Shown here piece after piece: positions 36,451 to 50,799 of a DNA stretch of 64,000 bases. Within the stretch, counting starts at the first letter, position 1. Every line of letters begins with the position of its first letter. This DNA comes from Camelus ferus (Eukaryota): the NCBI RefSeq assembly GCF_009834535.1, contig NC_045696.1, forward strand, positions 27,654,001 to 27,718,000, written 5' to 3'. The translations under genes and the position numbers were made by a program. The notes beneath the pieces are model-generated. The model made no database searches. It saw nothing but the letters and a program-made list of their open reading frames with translations, and was not told the origin of the DNA.

Positions 36451-39400
36451 TGCATGTATGGAATTGTGACAGGAGGAATGACTGTGAGAACCTAATCTGA
36501 GAACAAGAAACATAGGTTTGTTAGTCCTTTAGAAGCGTTGAAGCTCAGTTTTTTTAGTTTTACAGTCTTTACAGTCTTCTTAACATTTAATAATATCATC
36601 TTATTCTTCTTATTTTAAAAATAAAGATACATAATTGTTATCAAGCACAGAGAAATGCAGAATAATCTTTTTGGTAAACTTTTTCTATTGATTGTGGCAA
36701 GCTAAAAGCCAAAAATATTGTTACTTGAGTATAAAAAAATCACAAGATAGAAATTTATGTTGTCACTGTGAGTAGTAGTCTATCCTCTAAGAGAAAAAAA
36801 ATTAATATCTTAGGTTACTATGAAGTTCAGAATAAAGGATGTTTGAGATCATTAAATCCAACCAAAAGATTTGCATTCTAGGCTAGTGTAAAACTAGGAA
36901 AAAAGCCTGAACAAAACATCTATATAAAATTATGTTCTATAAAACACTTGTAGCTTTTGTACATATCTTAGACATTTTCATATACTTTTAAAAGTGGTGT
37001 TATTACATCAATGTACTAAAAACGATCTAGTTAGTTTAGCTTGTATTTTTGCAACTATAACAACCAGTGGCTGATACTTAAAAAATCAATTGTTAATATA
37101 TATATGAAAAATTACATTGACCAAGAGAGTAATAATCACCTCAGGTAATTCACTTTAAAAGCAAACATAAGAGCAATAGATAAAACAGATTAAAAAGTCA
37201 CTTATAATCTCAAACTTTTACAACTGTGGAATCAATTAGAGTTTGAGGAAGATAACTGATTCCAGAAATACATTTCAGTAATATTTATATCTATATTTGA
37301 TCCCCTAAAAACTGTATTGTCCATTTTTTCAATATGAAACCTTAGAGATGAAGAATTATTTACCATACTAAAGCTAGTCATTTGAATGAATATATCTACC
37401 TTAGTTGCAAAATCTTGTTATAACAAACCTATGTAAATTAATAAATGGATTGTAAAGCTACTACCATAGAAGATGATGTAAGAAAAAGATGTTGTCCAAC
37501 TGACCTGATCAATTTCTGTGAAAGAGATTGAAAGAATATTGATAGGGGTCAGGCAGTGGATTGTCCTGAATTTAAACCACAAACTTTTATTCAATAAACT
37601 CTGACAGCTTGGGAGATAAAGTTCAGGTCACACTGGCATTATTTCCCTAACAGTGAAATAAAGCACAGTAAGACGAAACAAAATGATATAAAATAAAATA
37701 AGAATAACTTTCATGGCGTTCTTTGAATGAGATGGACAACGACTGAGATAAGGATATGTGAATAATGCTATTATAGATGATGAGATTAAAGATCAGTTAA
37801 TTGGTAAGAAATCATATTTGGTGTGTTAAGCTCAACTTCTTAAACTTTTGTGGATACTTCAAATAGATGAGTTCATATTAAAGATAAAACAAGAAGAAAA
37901 AGGCTAATTATATAAATATCCTCAGAAATTTTCATAGACTATTTCTCTCTATAAAAGAGTAAACACTTACTATAAATACAATTACAAAGGCAATAATTTC
38001 ACAGAGCTTGAAACTGTCCCCATCCCTACTTCTAAGGTCCACCTGCCATCAGTCACCTTTCAAGAGTGGCCTGTGAAAGGATGTTTAGGGCATTAGGGTA
38101 GATCCCAGAAGAATGAAGATGGAGAAGAATAAATCACTGAAAACTTTAAGAAAAGGAAATGGTCCTTAAAAACAGAGCCCATTAATACTATGGACTATAT
38201 TGATTCCTCGTAAACATAGTTGCAGAAAAAATATGTTTATTATTATGCATTTGTAGAGCTAAATATAGCATGTCAGATGTAGGAACACAATATGCGTACA
38301 TGTATATGTGATACACACACACATATATGCATATACATCCTGACCCTGTATGAAATATGCAGATATCAGGAGAAAATATGATTATAAGATTAAATTTTTT
38401 CTATTGCTTTGCTTGCTATTCAGGGTTATACCAAATTAAATGTATGATACTTTGTGGAATTACAATCAAAATTAGAAACACAGAAAAAAATATGAAGAGT
38501 ACTAGAAGAAATAAAGAAGTGTTTTGGAAGAAATCGACCAAAAGGCCCAGTATCAAGTATCTAAAAATGTTCACTTACATCTTAGTGCATTCTGACTATC
38601 TAAGGAGAATGGAATGAGGAGGCCTAGAATTCGGAAATAAGACATATAGCTCCAGGCAGAAGGAAATAGTGAATATATTTTTCCCAACAATTGCTTTAGT
38701 TACATATTGACATAGTGTAATGGATATTTTGAAAATGTGGGAAGCAATGTCGGAATTGGTTTTGAAAGGAAATGCAAATAAATGTTTACATATCCGCACA
38801 AAAAAAAACAACATTAGAGAACCCTTGATTAAAACCAACTAGCTGCATAGCAGAAATACTCTGAATTTACTTCTCAAGCAGCATGTAAAAATAACACTGG
38901 CTATTTGGGTTTAAATCCTAATTTCTTCATTTTGAGTGGCATTATCCCCATACCACCCATCAAGCAGGAACGTAAACTGAACGCAGCTGACAGATGATAG
39001 CTGGTCCAGCTATGGTTTAAAAGCTGAGTTTACTCTATCTTGTGTTCACAGTTAGGCCTGCTTGAGAGATACGCTTTGCCAAACACAAAATTCAGGAGAC
39101 AGTTTCTAATTGATAAAGCCAAGACGCATTGCCCATGAAGCTGTTTATGTTATGTTCATTAAAAAAGAAACGTAAACTGAGCAGGTGAGTTTTCTTTTCA
39201 GAAAATGAATCCTATTCAAGAGATCAAAGAGGCTAAAGATAAGGTATCCAGTAATATATTTAGGTGACATTCACCAGGAAGCTATATTCCATGCACAGCT
39301 GTTGTCCCAGGCTGAAACTAGCTGTTTAGAATTTGGGTTTAATAATCCCACACTTCAAATGACTTTAGGAAATTGGATGTTAGGAAGGCCAGCCAGCACC

Positions 39401-40309
39401 ATCCAATTAAGTGGTCCTTGAACGGAAAAGTGCTTTACTTTGAATGGGGTGAGGGAAAGAGTTTGATCACATTTAAGCTAATCTATCATTTATCATAAGC
39501 AGTGGGTAAGATAGTTAATGACTTTATTGATTTTTTTTTTTTTGGAGCTTAGTTTTATACACAACGTTTAATGAATGTGAGACTGAATGTGCGATTTGTT
39601 TCCCTTTTGTTACTGATGCTCTTAAATTACCTTTATCTCTGTATGTGTTGATTTCAAAAGGGAATTTCAAAAGGGCCTTAGGTAGTATCATTCTCTTAAA
39701 CTGTAACTTAATTTTCAGATCTTCTTTTTTTTTAACTAGATATTTTTCATGTCTATAGTTATCTTCAGAACTCCCTTTACTTTTACTAGGAAGAAAAAAA
39801 AAGCATTGAAATTTTGCCAACGATGTTGGTCACAGACCTTTCAGCAATAGCTTTTTTTCTTGTTTCTCCTTCTCTTTCCTCATGGGCTTCTGTCCTAACA
39901 CAACTGCTCATTTATGTAGGTCACTGTAATTATTCTTTGATTCCTACATTTTCTTTGAGGATCATATGGGCCATTTCTAGAAAGCTGCCTTTACAAAAAG
40001 ACCAGGAAAGGAATGCAAGCATAATAGATATGCAAATGCTGCAAATGTGGTTAAAGAGCATCACAAAGGTGAAGGGGATTCATAGTTAGAACAAACAGCT
40101 AGTTAAAAAGTAAAAGAAAAAAAGCAGCAACTAGATATAAGCAGGGCAGAGTCTAAAATAGCATGACAGGAGAGGAACAAAACAAGACAAAATGACTTAG
40201 GAATTAAACGAGAAGTAGGCAAAGCTGGTTCCTCCCTCCCATTGCTCATATCATTGCTATCATTCATTCATACACAAGCAAATGCATGTATATACATGTA
40301 CATATATAT

Positions 40310-42210
40310 GACAGTGCATAATCCAATACATTGTGGCTGTTATCATTTTGAACAGACTGTTACCTGTTAGATTAAGAATAAGAAAAATAAAGTTTTTATT
40401 TTACTTTTACTTATTCCTTCTCCAGTGCTTTTTATTTATAAAGATCAGAGTTTCTGACTTATATAATTTTCCTTCTTTCTGAAGAACTTTTAATGTTTCT
40501 TGTAAGACAGATCTATTGGTGACAAATGTTTTCAATTTTTGTTTGCCTAAGAAAGTCTTTATTATTTCTCTTTCACTTCTGACAAATAATTTTTTAGAGT
40601 ACAGAATTCTAGAATATTTTTTCCTCTCAACACTTTAAATATTTCACTCCACTGTCTTCTTCCTGCAAGGCTGCTGAGAGAACTCAGATGTAATTCTTAT
40701 CTTTGCTCCTCTCTAGGAGGGTACTTTTTTCCCTTTGGCTTCTTTCAAGATTTTTTCGTTTATCTTTGATTTTCTGTAGTTTGAATATGCCCAGGTGTAG
40801 ATTTGTTTTTTTCTTTTTTCTTTTCTTTTTCTTTTTTTTCTTTTTTTTTTGATATATACTCTGGTGTTTTCTGAGCTTCCTGGATCTGTGGTTTGATGTC
40901 TGACATTAATTTGGAGAAATTTTTAGTCATTATTGCTTTAACTGTAGTTTCGTTTCCTTTATCTCTTTCTTTTCCTTCTGGTATTCCCATTATGCATATG
41001 TTATACCTTTTGTAATCACCCCATAATTCTTGGATATTTTATTATTTTTTTTAGTCATTTTCATCTTTTTCGTTTTTCAGTTTTAGAAATTTATATTGTC
41101 ATATGCTCAAGCCTAGAGATTCTTTCCTCAGCCATATTCAATCTACTGATGGGTCCATCAAAAGTATCCTTCATTATGTTAACAGTGTTTTTGATCTCTA
41201 GCATTTCTTTCTGATTCTTTCCTAGAATTTGCATCTCTCTGCTTACATTACCCATCTGTTCTTGCAAGCTGTCTATTTTATCCATTAGAGTCGTATATAT
41301 TACTCATAACTGTTTTAAATTCCCAGACTGATAATTTGAATGCTTCTGCCATATCTTCTGGTTTTGATGCTTGTTCAGCCTCTTCAAATAGTATTTTTTT
41401 TGTCTTTTAGAATGACTTATAATTTTTTGCTGATGACAGATTTGATATACTGACTGAAAAGAACTCAGACAAATAGGCCTTCAGAAATGTGGTGGTGAGA
41501 TGTGGGAGAGGGGATGCATTCTACAGCTCTTTGATTAGGACCCAACCTTTTGGTGAGTGTGCCCTACTGTGAACTTCAGTGCTTCTCACAACCACCCCCC
41601 CAACCTCCACCTTGGGTGGAAAAAGATGGCTGCCAGGGGCTTGAGGTGGGTATTTCCCTTCTCCCAGGTCTGTTAGGCTCTAACAGAACTCCAGCAGGTT
41701 AAGCACCGGTGAAATAGTTTACCTTGAGGGCAGGCCTTGCCCAGAAGAACAGAGTGCTTCAGCTTATTTCTGAATGGCCTCTTTTTCCCTCCCTCTGTGG
41801 AAACCTAAAAGGATTTTTCTCTGATCCTTACCTGGTCAAGCTCCTAGAGGTAAACCACACCATAGTGTGGGGAACCCCCTATGACTGGGGCTGCCTAGAG
41901 TTTTTAACTCTCAGACTTATCTACATGGGGCCTCCAGCCATTTATGGCTCACAGTTCAGATCCTCTACTCCAACACTAGTTCTTGAAGGGGAACCAGCAG
42001 GTTCTGCTGGTGGGTTTCTGCTCTGCTAAGTTGGGATTCTCTATATCTGCATATTTGTATCCCCAATTTGGGGGGCAGTGGTTTGCCCTGGGACCTCACT
42101 TCTCTGATATATCTAAGAAGAGTTGATTTTTCTTTTTCAGTTTGTTCAGCTTTTTACTTGTTGTTAGAATGAAGTCGTGACCTCTAAATTCCTTACATGC
42201 TGGACTCATA
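40310..42210 (-). mobile_element. Old L1 (L1M4/L1MD-like) 5'UTR plus decayed ORF1
   Basis: ORF-track peptides 41091-41285 (EMLEIKNTV..FDGPISRLNMAEERISRLE, ORF1p coiled coil) and 40760-40990 (MGIPEGKER..IMTKNFSKL..PQIQEAQKTP..TPGHI, ORF1p RRM) are L1 ORF1p remnants. Confidence 0.9.
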
Positions 42211-42679
42211 AAAAAGTCCAGTCTTTTTCAATGTGATACACACTGAATGTGAAGCAACACTTTATCTACATCTGTAGTTTGAATTTTGCAGGCAGACTTA
42301 CATGTCGTATTGTTTTCAGCTACGTGTAATAAATATCAAGAATAGTATGTCAAAGACAATATTATGGCAGCTAGGAAACACATATAGGAATATTCTGATA
42401 CTTAACATTCAAGAAGTAGTGACTGTAAGTTATAAAATTAAACATTATCTTTATTTACAAAGGTTATTCTTAGAGAATTTAGACAATTTAAAGATATAAG
42501 CACTTAAAATTAAGAATTTAAAACTTTTAAAGAAAAAAGAACTCAAAGTAAAAAGCAAACTATAAATACTTGCATTATATTTCAAAGACAGCTACAGACC
42601 CACATGTACATATTTGCTATATACACTTTGATGCCTAGTTGTTCTTTCAAGCTTACCATGTCGAAAAAAGAAACCTTGA

Positions 42680-43745
42680 TTTCTATACCCGTCACCAGTA
42701 CATCTACATGGGAAATCTCTCCAAAAATACCATTCTCTTCCTCATCTTGCAAGCCCAAAACATAAAGTAATTCTTGAGTCCCCAGCTCACCCCTTGATTT
42801 CTGCATTTCATGCATCCATCTAATGACTAAGTATTGCTGGTTAAATCAACAAAATGTATCTCTACTTCTCTTCATGCCTACTGCCACTACGTTCTCCCAA
42901 GCACCCTGCATCTCTCACCTGGACCATTGCAATAGCCTCCTAACTAGTCTGCCAGTTTCTTTCTAATCTTCCTTTATAACCTGTTCAGATAGCAACCAGA
43001 GTGACTGGTTAAAAAAGAAAATCAGACGTAGATTTCTACTTAGAACTGCAAGTGACTTTCTATTACACTTAGAATAAAATGAAAATCTAATACAGCCTGC
43101 ACCATTCTTCACATCTTTGTCTTAAGCCACAATTTACACCAATATTCCCTTTGTTCACATTGCCCAGGGTCTTCAAACAATAGGCCAGGCTCATTCTTGC
43201 TTCTGCACGTCACATTTTCTATGTCTGGAAGTCACTATTCCTGTATCTGTGGTACTGGCTCCAGCTCATCTTAGGTCTCAGGTCAAATGTAGCCACACCA
43301 CAAGGTGTCTTCCCTGACACCTTTATCTAGCCCTGTTTAATGACGATAGGCTTGGCCCACACCTAACATAACTTTACTCATATATTTTTGTTTTCCGATT
43401 TTAAGCACTTTTCATAATCTGAACTAGCCTTGTATATTTGTTCAAATACAGATTGAATGTTGTTTCACTCCATTGGAATATAAGCCTTGTGAGAACATGG
43501 CTTGTATACCTCATCTTTTAAAAATTTCTTAGCTATCTTGGGGAGGGTATAGCTTAAGTGGCAGAATGCATGCATAGCATGCATGAGGTCCTGGGTTCAA
43601 TCCCCAGTACCTCCTCTAAAAAATAAATAAATAAACCTAAATACTTCCACCCCCTCAACATACAAAAAAACTAATCAAAATTTCTTAGTATCTAAAATAG
43701 TGTTTAATGTACTGTTCAGTAGATGCTCAGTAAATGTTTAGTTAT
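42680..43745 (+). mobile_element. L2 LINE 3' region (interrupted by SINE)
   Basis: catctctcacctggaccattgcaatagcctcctaactagtct, tcaggtcaaatgt..., and 3' end gatgctcagtaaatgttt. Confidence 0.8.
43540..43676 (+). mobile_element. Vic-1-type camelid tRNA-Ala-derived SINE
   Basis: ggggagggtatagc head, A box 43550-43561, B box ggttcaatccc 43594-43604, (AAAT)n tail. TSD aaaatttcttag(c)tatct at 43521-43538 and 43677-43693, at a TTTT/AAAA L1-endonuclease site. Confidence 0.88.
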
Positions 43746-44189
43746 ACACAACTGTATTACTTGTGAAATGAATAAATAGCACAGACAACTCTTGCAATGG
43801 AAATAGTATAGATGTTTATGTTCAAGGTGAATTTTCATGTAATAAAGCTTTCACCTTTCAGACTACATGGGAATAAATTAATGAAATTAACTCCAAAGAG
43901 AAGATATGAAGAAAAAATTTAAATGAGACTAGCAGTGTTAACATGCACAACTCCCAGGAATATTGGCTTCTAAGAAAATAAATCTCATTCCAAGGACAAA
44001 CTTGAAACTTAACTGAAAATAATAAGGAAAATAAAAGAATAAATAGATCTGCATTTTCTTTAATATGATTATCTTCAGTGTTCAAACCAACAATGTTGCA
44101 TGTCCAAAAATGATTACAGTTTTTGACTATCAATTCTTAAATTTACAAGTAAGATTTTGTTTGCCTTTAGACTCTTTGTTCTCTATTTC

Positions 44190-44375
44190 AGTATAGTGGA
44201 GTGGTTCAGAGTACTCCACATCAGTCTTCTTCCTTCCTTCAAATCCTAGTTCTGTCATTTAATAGCCATATTATTTTAGGCAAATTATTTATCCTCTCTG
44301 AGCCTCAGTTTCCTCATCTGTAAATGTGAATATTAACACCTACCTCACAGAAAGCTTGTGCAGATTAAACAGTGA
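44190..44375 (+). mobile_element. MIR SINE
   Basis: cctctctgagcctcagtttcctcatctgtaaa...acctacctcacag. Confidence 0.85.
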
Positions 44376-45879
44376 GGGCCATGTGGGTGTCTGTTCTAGT
44401 TTATTTCATTGGTTATGAACCTTCTGTTTGGGTAGTAAGATTCTTGATATTCCGTGACACCTACTGGCACTTACTCATAAAGAATCTTTATTGGATTTAG
44501 TGAACAAGGAAGAAGGAAAAGAAGAAAAACAATTTCGAGGATGAAATAGAGGTGGCTGTGTTCCAAATAACTGTCTCTGGAATCCAGGGGTCAGTTAGCT
44601 AAGGCAAGCTGCAGATGGATAGATAAACTGTCATTTCCATAACTTTCTGTAAGTGGTAGTTGTGGGCCTTATAGCCAAGGGCCTCTTTCAATGAATAAAA
44701 GGGAATGAAAAGGTCATTGTTTCTCTTACACGACAGTCTGGGAGCATGACTTTCTGAAAATGTCTGGGTCCTAAACACATGGAAGAAACCTCTAGAATGA
44801 TGGTCTTACTAACCAGGCAGTGATTTAAATGGAGCCTCCATTATCATTCAGGACACCCAGCTTCCAAGACACACCTCGGGCCTCAGGCAGCAAGTCCAAG
44901 AGCTTCTGGAGGTTACACAGCTGCCCTCTGACCTCTGGAGAGGACACTTGCTCCACGGTTGGCACAAAGATGTGGCTGTTTCTCTAAATATATTGTAAAG
45001 AGGAAGAACAGAAGAAATCCCAAACCCTTCCTGAAAATATTCTATAGAAAGGTAAAGAGTCTTTTGATTCTCCCATAATTACCTAAAAAAAGGAATAAAG
45101 GGGAAAATCTATATGCCTTTAGAAGATCTGGAGTATAGATTTGTGGGGCAATTCATACTGGATTTTTATATTTCTACTTTTTTCTCTATTATCCCTACTT
45201 TCCACTTTTTTAATGTGTCCCTTTTGGTCCCATTAAAATATGGAAATCATGCAACTGAATTCAACTTGGAAGCTCACTCTTGGAGAAATTTTCTTAATTT
45301 GAAATCTCAGTCTTTTTAAAGTTCTCCTGCAGCATACTTTTGGGGTCTAGCATATTTCTTTTTTGATGTAAATATTTTGACTGGTTTATTTTCATTAATA
45401 GCCTTGATGCCATCTAATTGAAATAAAATATCACATTTGTAAGATACTTTAGTCACTGTGCTAAGCAATATAGTAAATAAAACAGGGTCCCAAACACTCA
45501 GGAACTCACCACCTCATGATATTCCTGAAGGTTTCAAATAATCTATCATAATGCTGAAACACAATATAAATAAAAATAAAGTCAGAGTTTCCAGATGCAG
45601 TAAAGTAAAGAACACACACATAAGGTTTCCTCATAGGAGGAAATAGGGTGAACGAGGAAGAAAACTGAGAATGAGGAAAAAGAAGGAGAAGAATGTGGAG
45701 GGAAAGGGCTGATGTGGTGCAGGGATGTGTCTTGACTCTCCACTGTATTTCTACTTTAAAACAAAACAAGAGCATCTTCATTATTAATTGAACTGTCAAG
45801 AGAAGGAAAATAACACTATTTTAAGTATCTATTTGCCAAACACAAGGAAAAGCATGTTTACAATATCTATATTGTGTAA

Positions 45880-46325
45880 TAGCCATTCATTCATTTGAGA
45901 CATTTAGACAGTCACGTTACACGGGCTGCATTTTTTGGAAGGGGGATGTCATGAGGGAATCAAGGCTCTTCTGAATGATATGTAAGCTGAGATCTGAAGA
46001 ATGGGAGATGGCTGTCTGAAGGTTTTAGCAGAAGACACAGCTCATACAAAGGCCCTGAGTTGGAAAATCCCGAGGTGTCTTCAAGGATGTGAAAAACAAA
46101 AACAGTGGCACATTTTGAAGTCAGTAAGGGTCAAGTCTGGCAAAAGCCAGAGGACGCAGCTCTACGTAGACCTCTGTAAAAGTTTTGATTGTCTTCTAAG
46201 TGCACTGGAGGGCATTTGGAAGGGCAGAATCCAATTTATATTTTAAAAATACTAGCCTGGCTCTCAGGTGGAGGGTGGAGGACGAATGTGCCTGCTTTGA
46301 CAGCGGATAGGTGGTGGCAGTGATG
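45880..46325 (-). mobile_element. L2 fragment
   Basis: taagctgagatctgaagaatg, caaaggccctgag, ccaatttatattttaaaaa..ctggct. Confidence 0.6.
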
Positions 46326-47079
46326 CCATTTTGTAACTCACATCTTACAGATTTGGAAAGCAAAATGCAGGAAAAAGGCTAATTCAGGCTCAAGATTTCC
46401 TCTTAGTAGAACCACGTGGCATCAAGTAGTTAAAACTCCATCTCTTTTTCCTAATTTTTATCAGGGAGCAGATGTGTGGGTCTCCATCACTAAAATTTCA
46501 ACAATAGCAAAAATAAGAAGAACAAATCATTTTATTTTGTGCTAACTCTGAGCATGCTCTAACTGTGTTTTAAACTCTTAAAGCACTGTAATTCAAGGAC
46601 TCTTCCAGCAAGTGCTGCAGAGAACTTAACACCCAAGGGTGCACAGATAATAATCAGTCAGGCTCTGATTTCAACTTCTGTTCCTTGAATCCAGAACTCA
46701 CATTCTTAACCCAGATTAGAGAAGGGAGACCACTTTGTGATTTAACATGTTGCTCTAAAGGCTTATTACAGATGATGGCAAAAGGAATAACAATTTGACA
46801 AAAAAGAAAAATTGAGTTCCTCTTCTAGAGATCTGCTTTTCTGCTTAATAGTACTATGTTTTATTTCTATAGCTCTTTACATATTCATTTATTTGAATGA
46901 ATATATATTATATAATATTTATTTGGGCTATAAATAATATATAAATATATTAAGTTTTTAAACTCATATATTTATATATCATATTTTCTCCTTAAAAACA
47001 TTCTATGTGCTCTTCATGGCAATTGCTATTTTGTCCACTTTATTTCTTACTAGTCCCACTAAGCTAGGTGAGCCATCCA

Positions 47080-47310
47080 AGGACATAATCAAACAGCACC
47101 TCCTTAGAGAGGCTGCATCTAAAAACCCACCCTAGTCACATCCCCTAGCATCATCATCACCTAAAATGATCTTGACTTTACAATTTTCTTTTTCTGTTTC
47201 CTTCACTAAAATTTAAGGCCAATGAGATGGCGGACTTTAGTTACCTTGTTCCTCAGCACCTCAAACTTTCTAGACACATTGTGTGTTCAGAGTAAACATT
47301 TGTTGAATGC
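47080..47310 (+). mobile_element. L2 3' end
   Basis: cacctccttagagagg...taaacatttgttgaatg. Confidence 0.6.
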
Positions 47311-48689
47311 ATAGTGCTTTCAAAACACATAATACTGATAAAAAATGGCAAACCTGCACTGGAATGAAAATCTTTAGAATCTTTAATGGTCCTTCTATCA
47401 CACAGCACCATCATCTCAGATCATGGTCACTGAGATCATGTAAGGTCAGCCATAAATGAAACGGTACTTTGCATTTCAAAAGCAATTTCAGATAGATACG
47501 TTTTTACTTCACATTGACCACAGTTACATATCTTGGCCAGAGAAGTTTTTTGGTTTTTTTTTTTTCCCTTTGTTTTTCTGGATTGCATTTCACATGAAGG
47601 AGATGAGATCAGTCAACATAGTCCCTAGAGACTGATCAAAGCAGAAAGTATTGCATAAAACAACTCACATTTAACCTTTGCAAATGAATAAGTAAAGCGA
47701 AATTCATGAATTCTTAAAATATTGTCCCCTGATGCAGATATCAGCCTCTTTCTGATTTCAGCATTAATTCACATGGCCATCTTTTCCATAGGCAGTTTTA
47801 TTTTTCCTAAGCAACTGGTATTGCCATTGAATTTTGTGGAAAAAAAAAGAGATGAGTTTAAAATAACATATTTTGATGAATCCTGTAACTAAGCTGAATA
47901 ACGTTTAGAAAATAAATTCCATTTGAGGTTTTCAAAAGTAAGCTTTTAACAGTCTATTCCTTAAACATTTATGTTAAAGCTGAAAACTGCTTCGACTGTA
48001 ACAATTTATGTGTGCAATCAGTTTATTAGCACAAAAGTATGTAAGAGGAATAAAATAGTAATCACCTCCCACTTTTTAAATAGTTCTCCATTTTCTGTAG
48101 TTGAATTCTGTGACAGCTGCTCCGAAGACAAAGGTGAAAATAGACTTGAGTACATCTCTGCTCAGATGCGTACACATGAGTGCCTCTCAAAGGACACAGT
48201 GACTCCCACTGCCAGTGATGCATGTGGTTCACAAACAAAGATAGGGGACTCCAGCCACATCTTCAACACTGAGTGGCACAATGCACAAGGCAGATTTTAA
48301 AGGATCTTTTTTTTCCAACTTGCTTTATTGCTCGCTAAGTCATGTGTGGTGAAGAAAAGAAAATAGGGCATCTTCTGTAGAAGGAGGCAAAAGTAGTCTG
48401 TATAAAAGTCAATACAGGTATATGGGAAGTAAGTACTTATTCCTGTAGAAAACTGCATTTACTTCTTGGAATCAGAATAGTCAACAAATATTAAAACACG
48501 TCAAATACATGAATATCTGTAAAGGAGAACATTTTTCCAAAGATAATGTTTTTTTTTTTTTTTTGCCTAAAATTACTTAATAAATCCAATATTTTCTTTA
48601 AACAGTCAAGGATATACCTATCTGGAGTGGGAGATGTTGTCTTTCTCAATTAATAGCAAGCTAGGGAGGCCAATCTCTCTTCTCCGCTG

Positions 48690-48900
48690 CAGTTGAGTAT
48701 GTAGCACGCATGAACTGTGTCTGGCGTTTTCCATGCATTGTCTCAGTTACTCCTAAAAGGCAGGTCCAGATGTTACTCCCATTTTACGAGCGAAGAGACA
48801 GAGGCTCCAGAAGATAAAAGACTGTCAAGGTTGCACAGCTTTTAGAAAGTGACAGGGTCAGAACTCAAACCAGAGTCCCAGGCTGTAGCCAAACTGCCTT
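48690..48900 (-). mobile_element. MIR SINE
   Basis: cccattttacgagcgaagagacagaggct..caaggttgcacagct..gaactcaaacc. Confidence 0.7.
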
Positions 48901-50799
48901 CCACAAATGCCTGTGAGCCAGGCTGTCAGCATTTCCAACCTTGACTCCAGCTCACACCACAGTCTATCATTCCCCGTGATTCTGGGAGTAACGAGTGCGC
49001 ACAGGCTAGCTCACTTCACAATTTACAATCCTGAATGTCCTCAGAATTAATGTTGTTTCTCAGCCAGGTGTAAAAGGCTTTGGATGATTTGGCTACGGCC
49101 AGCTTTCCTGGATGGTCACTGACTCCTAAACACGCTTGGTACCAGCTACAGTTACTTACTGTGCTCCGATCAACCACAGACACCTTTATTGCTTTGCCTA
49201 TCCTATTCATGCTCCTCGAAACACCTTTTAACTCATGTTTTTGATGGGATTCTGTTCATCCTGCCTAGCTTTGCTTCACTACTTCCTTCTAACCCCTACA
49301 TGGAATGAGTTGTTCTCTCCATAGCCAACCCAAGGCGGGCTAGACCAACAGCTATTATAAAGGTGATGCCCTGGATAATCCGCTCTAGGCATTGTAAATA
49401 TCCATTGACTATTAAGTACAGTCTTCAAGTACAGGAACCTCTTTACTCGGATACCCCTCACATGCTTCATATTATTACCTAGTAAGTGACCGATAAATGT
49501 TCATCAACCGTGTGACATGAAAATAGATTCTATTAAAGTATATGATTTTAAAGAAAAATTATTCACTTTTTGCACACTTTTACTTCAGTTTGTAGAGTTT
49601 AGCATTTTTTCCTTATCTAGCAGCAATTCAATGAGGTTATGTTGGTAAAATATTATCTATCTGATCAGAAAACATTTTCTAATTGCCTCTTGAGTAATAC
49701 TTTATGTGGGATGGTCTGGACAAAAGATATAATTGAAAAACTTAGGGAAAGGATGGAAATACAAGATACATTGTTAAAAAACATAAGTTAAAAACTACAC
49801 AATTAACTTCTATACTTAAGAAGTAATATATAGTCAGGTGCATAACTATATGTGACTTTCTTGATTAAACAAGGAAACTAAACTGTTGGGGTTGCTGAAC
49901 TACTAATTAGGATACTTACAGATTCCTTTACTTTCTAAGCTTCTTAGAATTCTAAAGCCCTAACATCACCATGATCATCTACTTAGAGACAGGAAGCATG
50001 ATCTGGTTATAGATTCATTCAAAGAACATGCTTCAGACTTTGCTTCTCTGCTGTTCATGCTCACGGGAAATGCAGAAAACTGCATGCCCAACCCCCAATA
50101 TTCATTTTCATTATCACCCTTTAAAACTGTGTGTATATTTTTATGTTCATATTGGACCTGCTATTTTTCTTTCTCTTTGTTTATTTTGTTGCTGCTTTTA
50201 AGTCCTCTGGGGAAATTTTTTTTTTTCAGCTTTGTCCCTGGATTTTCTCTACTATGATTTGGTGAACACATATAATTTTTTATGGTCCACCATCATTGAC
50301 AGGCTGGCCCCAAGGCACAGGGTTCTGTGTAGCACATCATGGTTTATTGATGAGCAGTGGGAACTGAAGCAGAGTGGCGGAAGCTGGCGCACCAGTTACA
50401 GATCCTTGTTTAGAAATCAACTGGGCATTCAGTAATGAGACCGTGTGGTCTTGCCTGCAGAACTCAGCTCAGGCGAGAGATCTGTCTAAGGATGAGTTAT
50501 AAGGGAAAAAAAAATCAAACAACCATATTGTTCAAGTAGTTGGTGCTATCAGCAGTTTAAACCTAGCTCATTTCTTTATCACACTTTTAAAATTATTTAA
50601 AGGAAAGTTTAGGATGGAGCTAAGAGTAAATTACATTCTTGGAAAAGAGTTGTAAGTGCACGATAAAAGGAATGTGAGTTTATTTTTGGCCAAATTATTT
50701 ATTTTAAAAAGTAGTTCTACTAATTTGAAAAAGACATATATGCACAAGACAAAGATTTTTAAAAACTATGAGTGAATAATCAGGATAACCACAGATGTA

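Noticed and set aside
40760..41285. Two ORFs with coiled-coil/RRM-like peptides
   Set aside because: Fragments of a frameshifted L1 ORF1, not a host gene.
43540..43615. tRNA-like sequence with A and B boxes
   Set aside because: It has an AT-rich tail and a TSD, so it is a Vic-1 SINE head rather than a tRNA gene. The same applies to the 57673-57744 copy.
47409..47440. Small hairpin catcatctcag...ctgagatcatg
   Set aside because: An imperfect 11-bp stem of this kind is expected by chance in 64 kb, and there is no supporting context.
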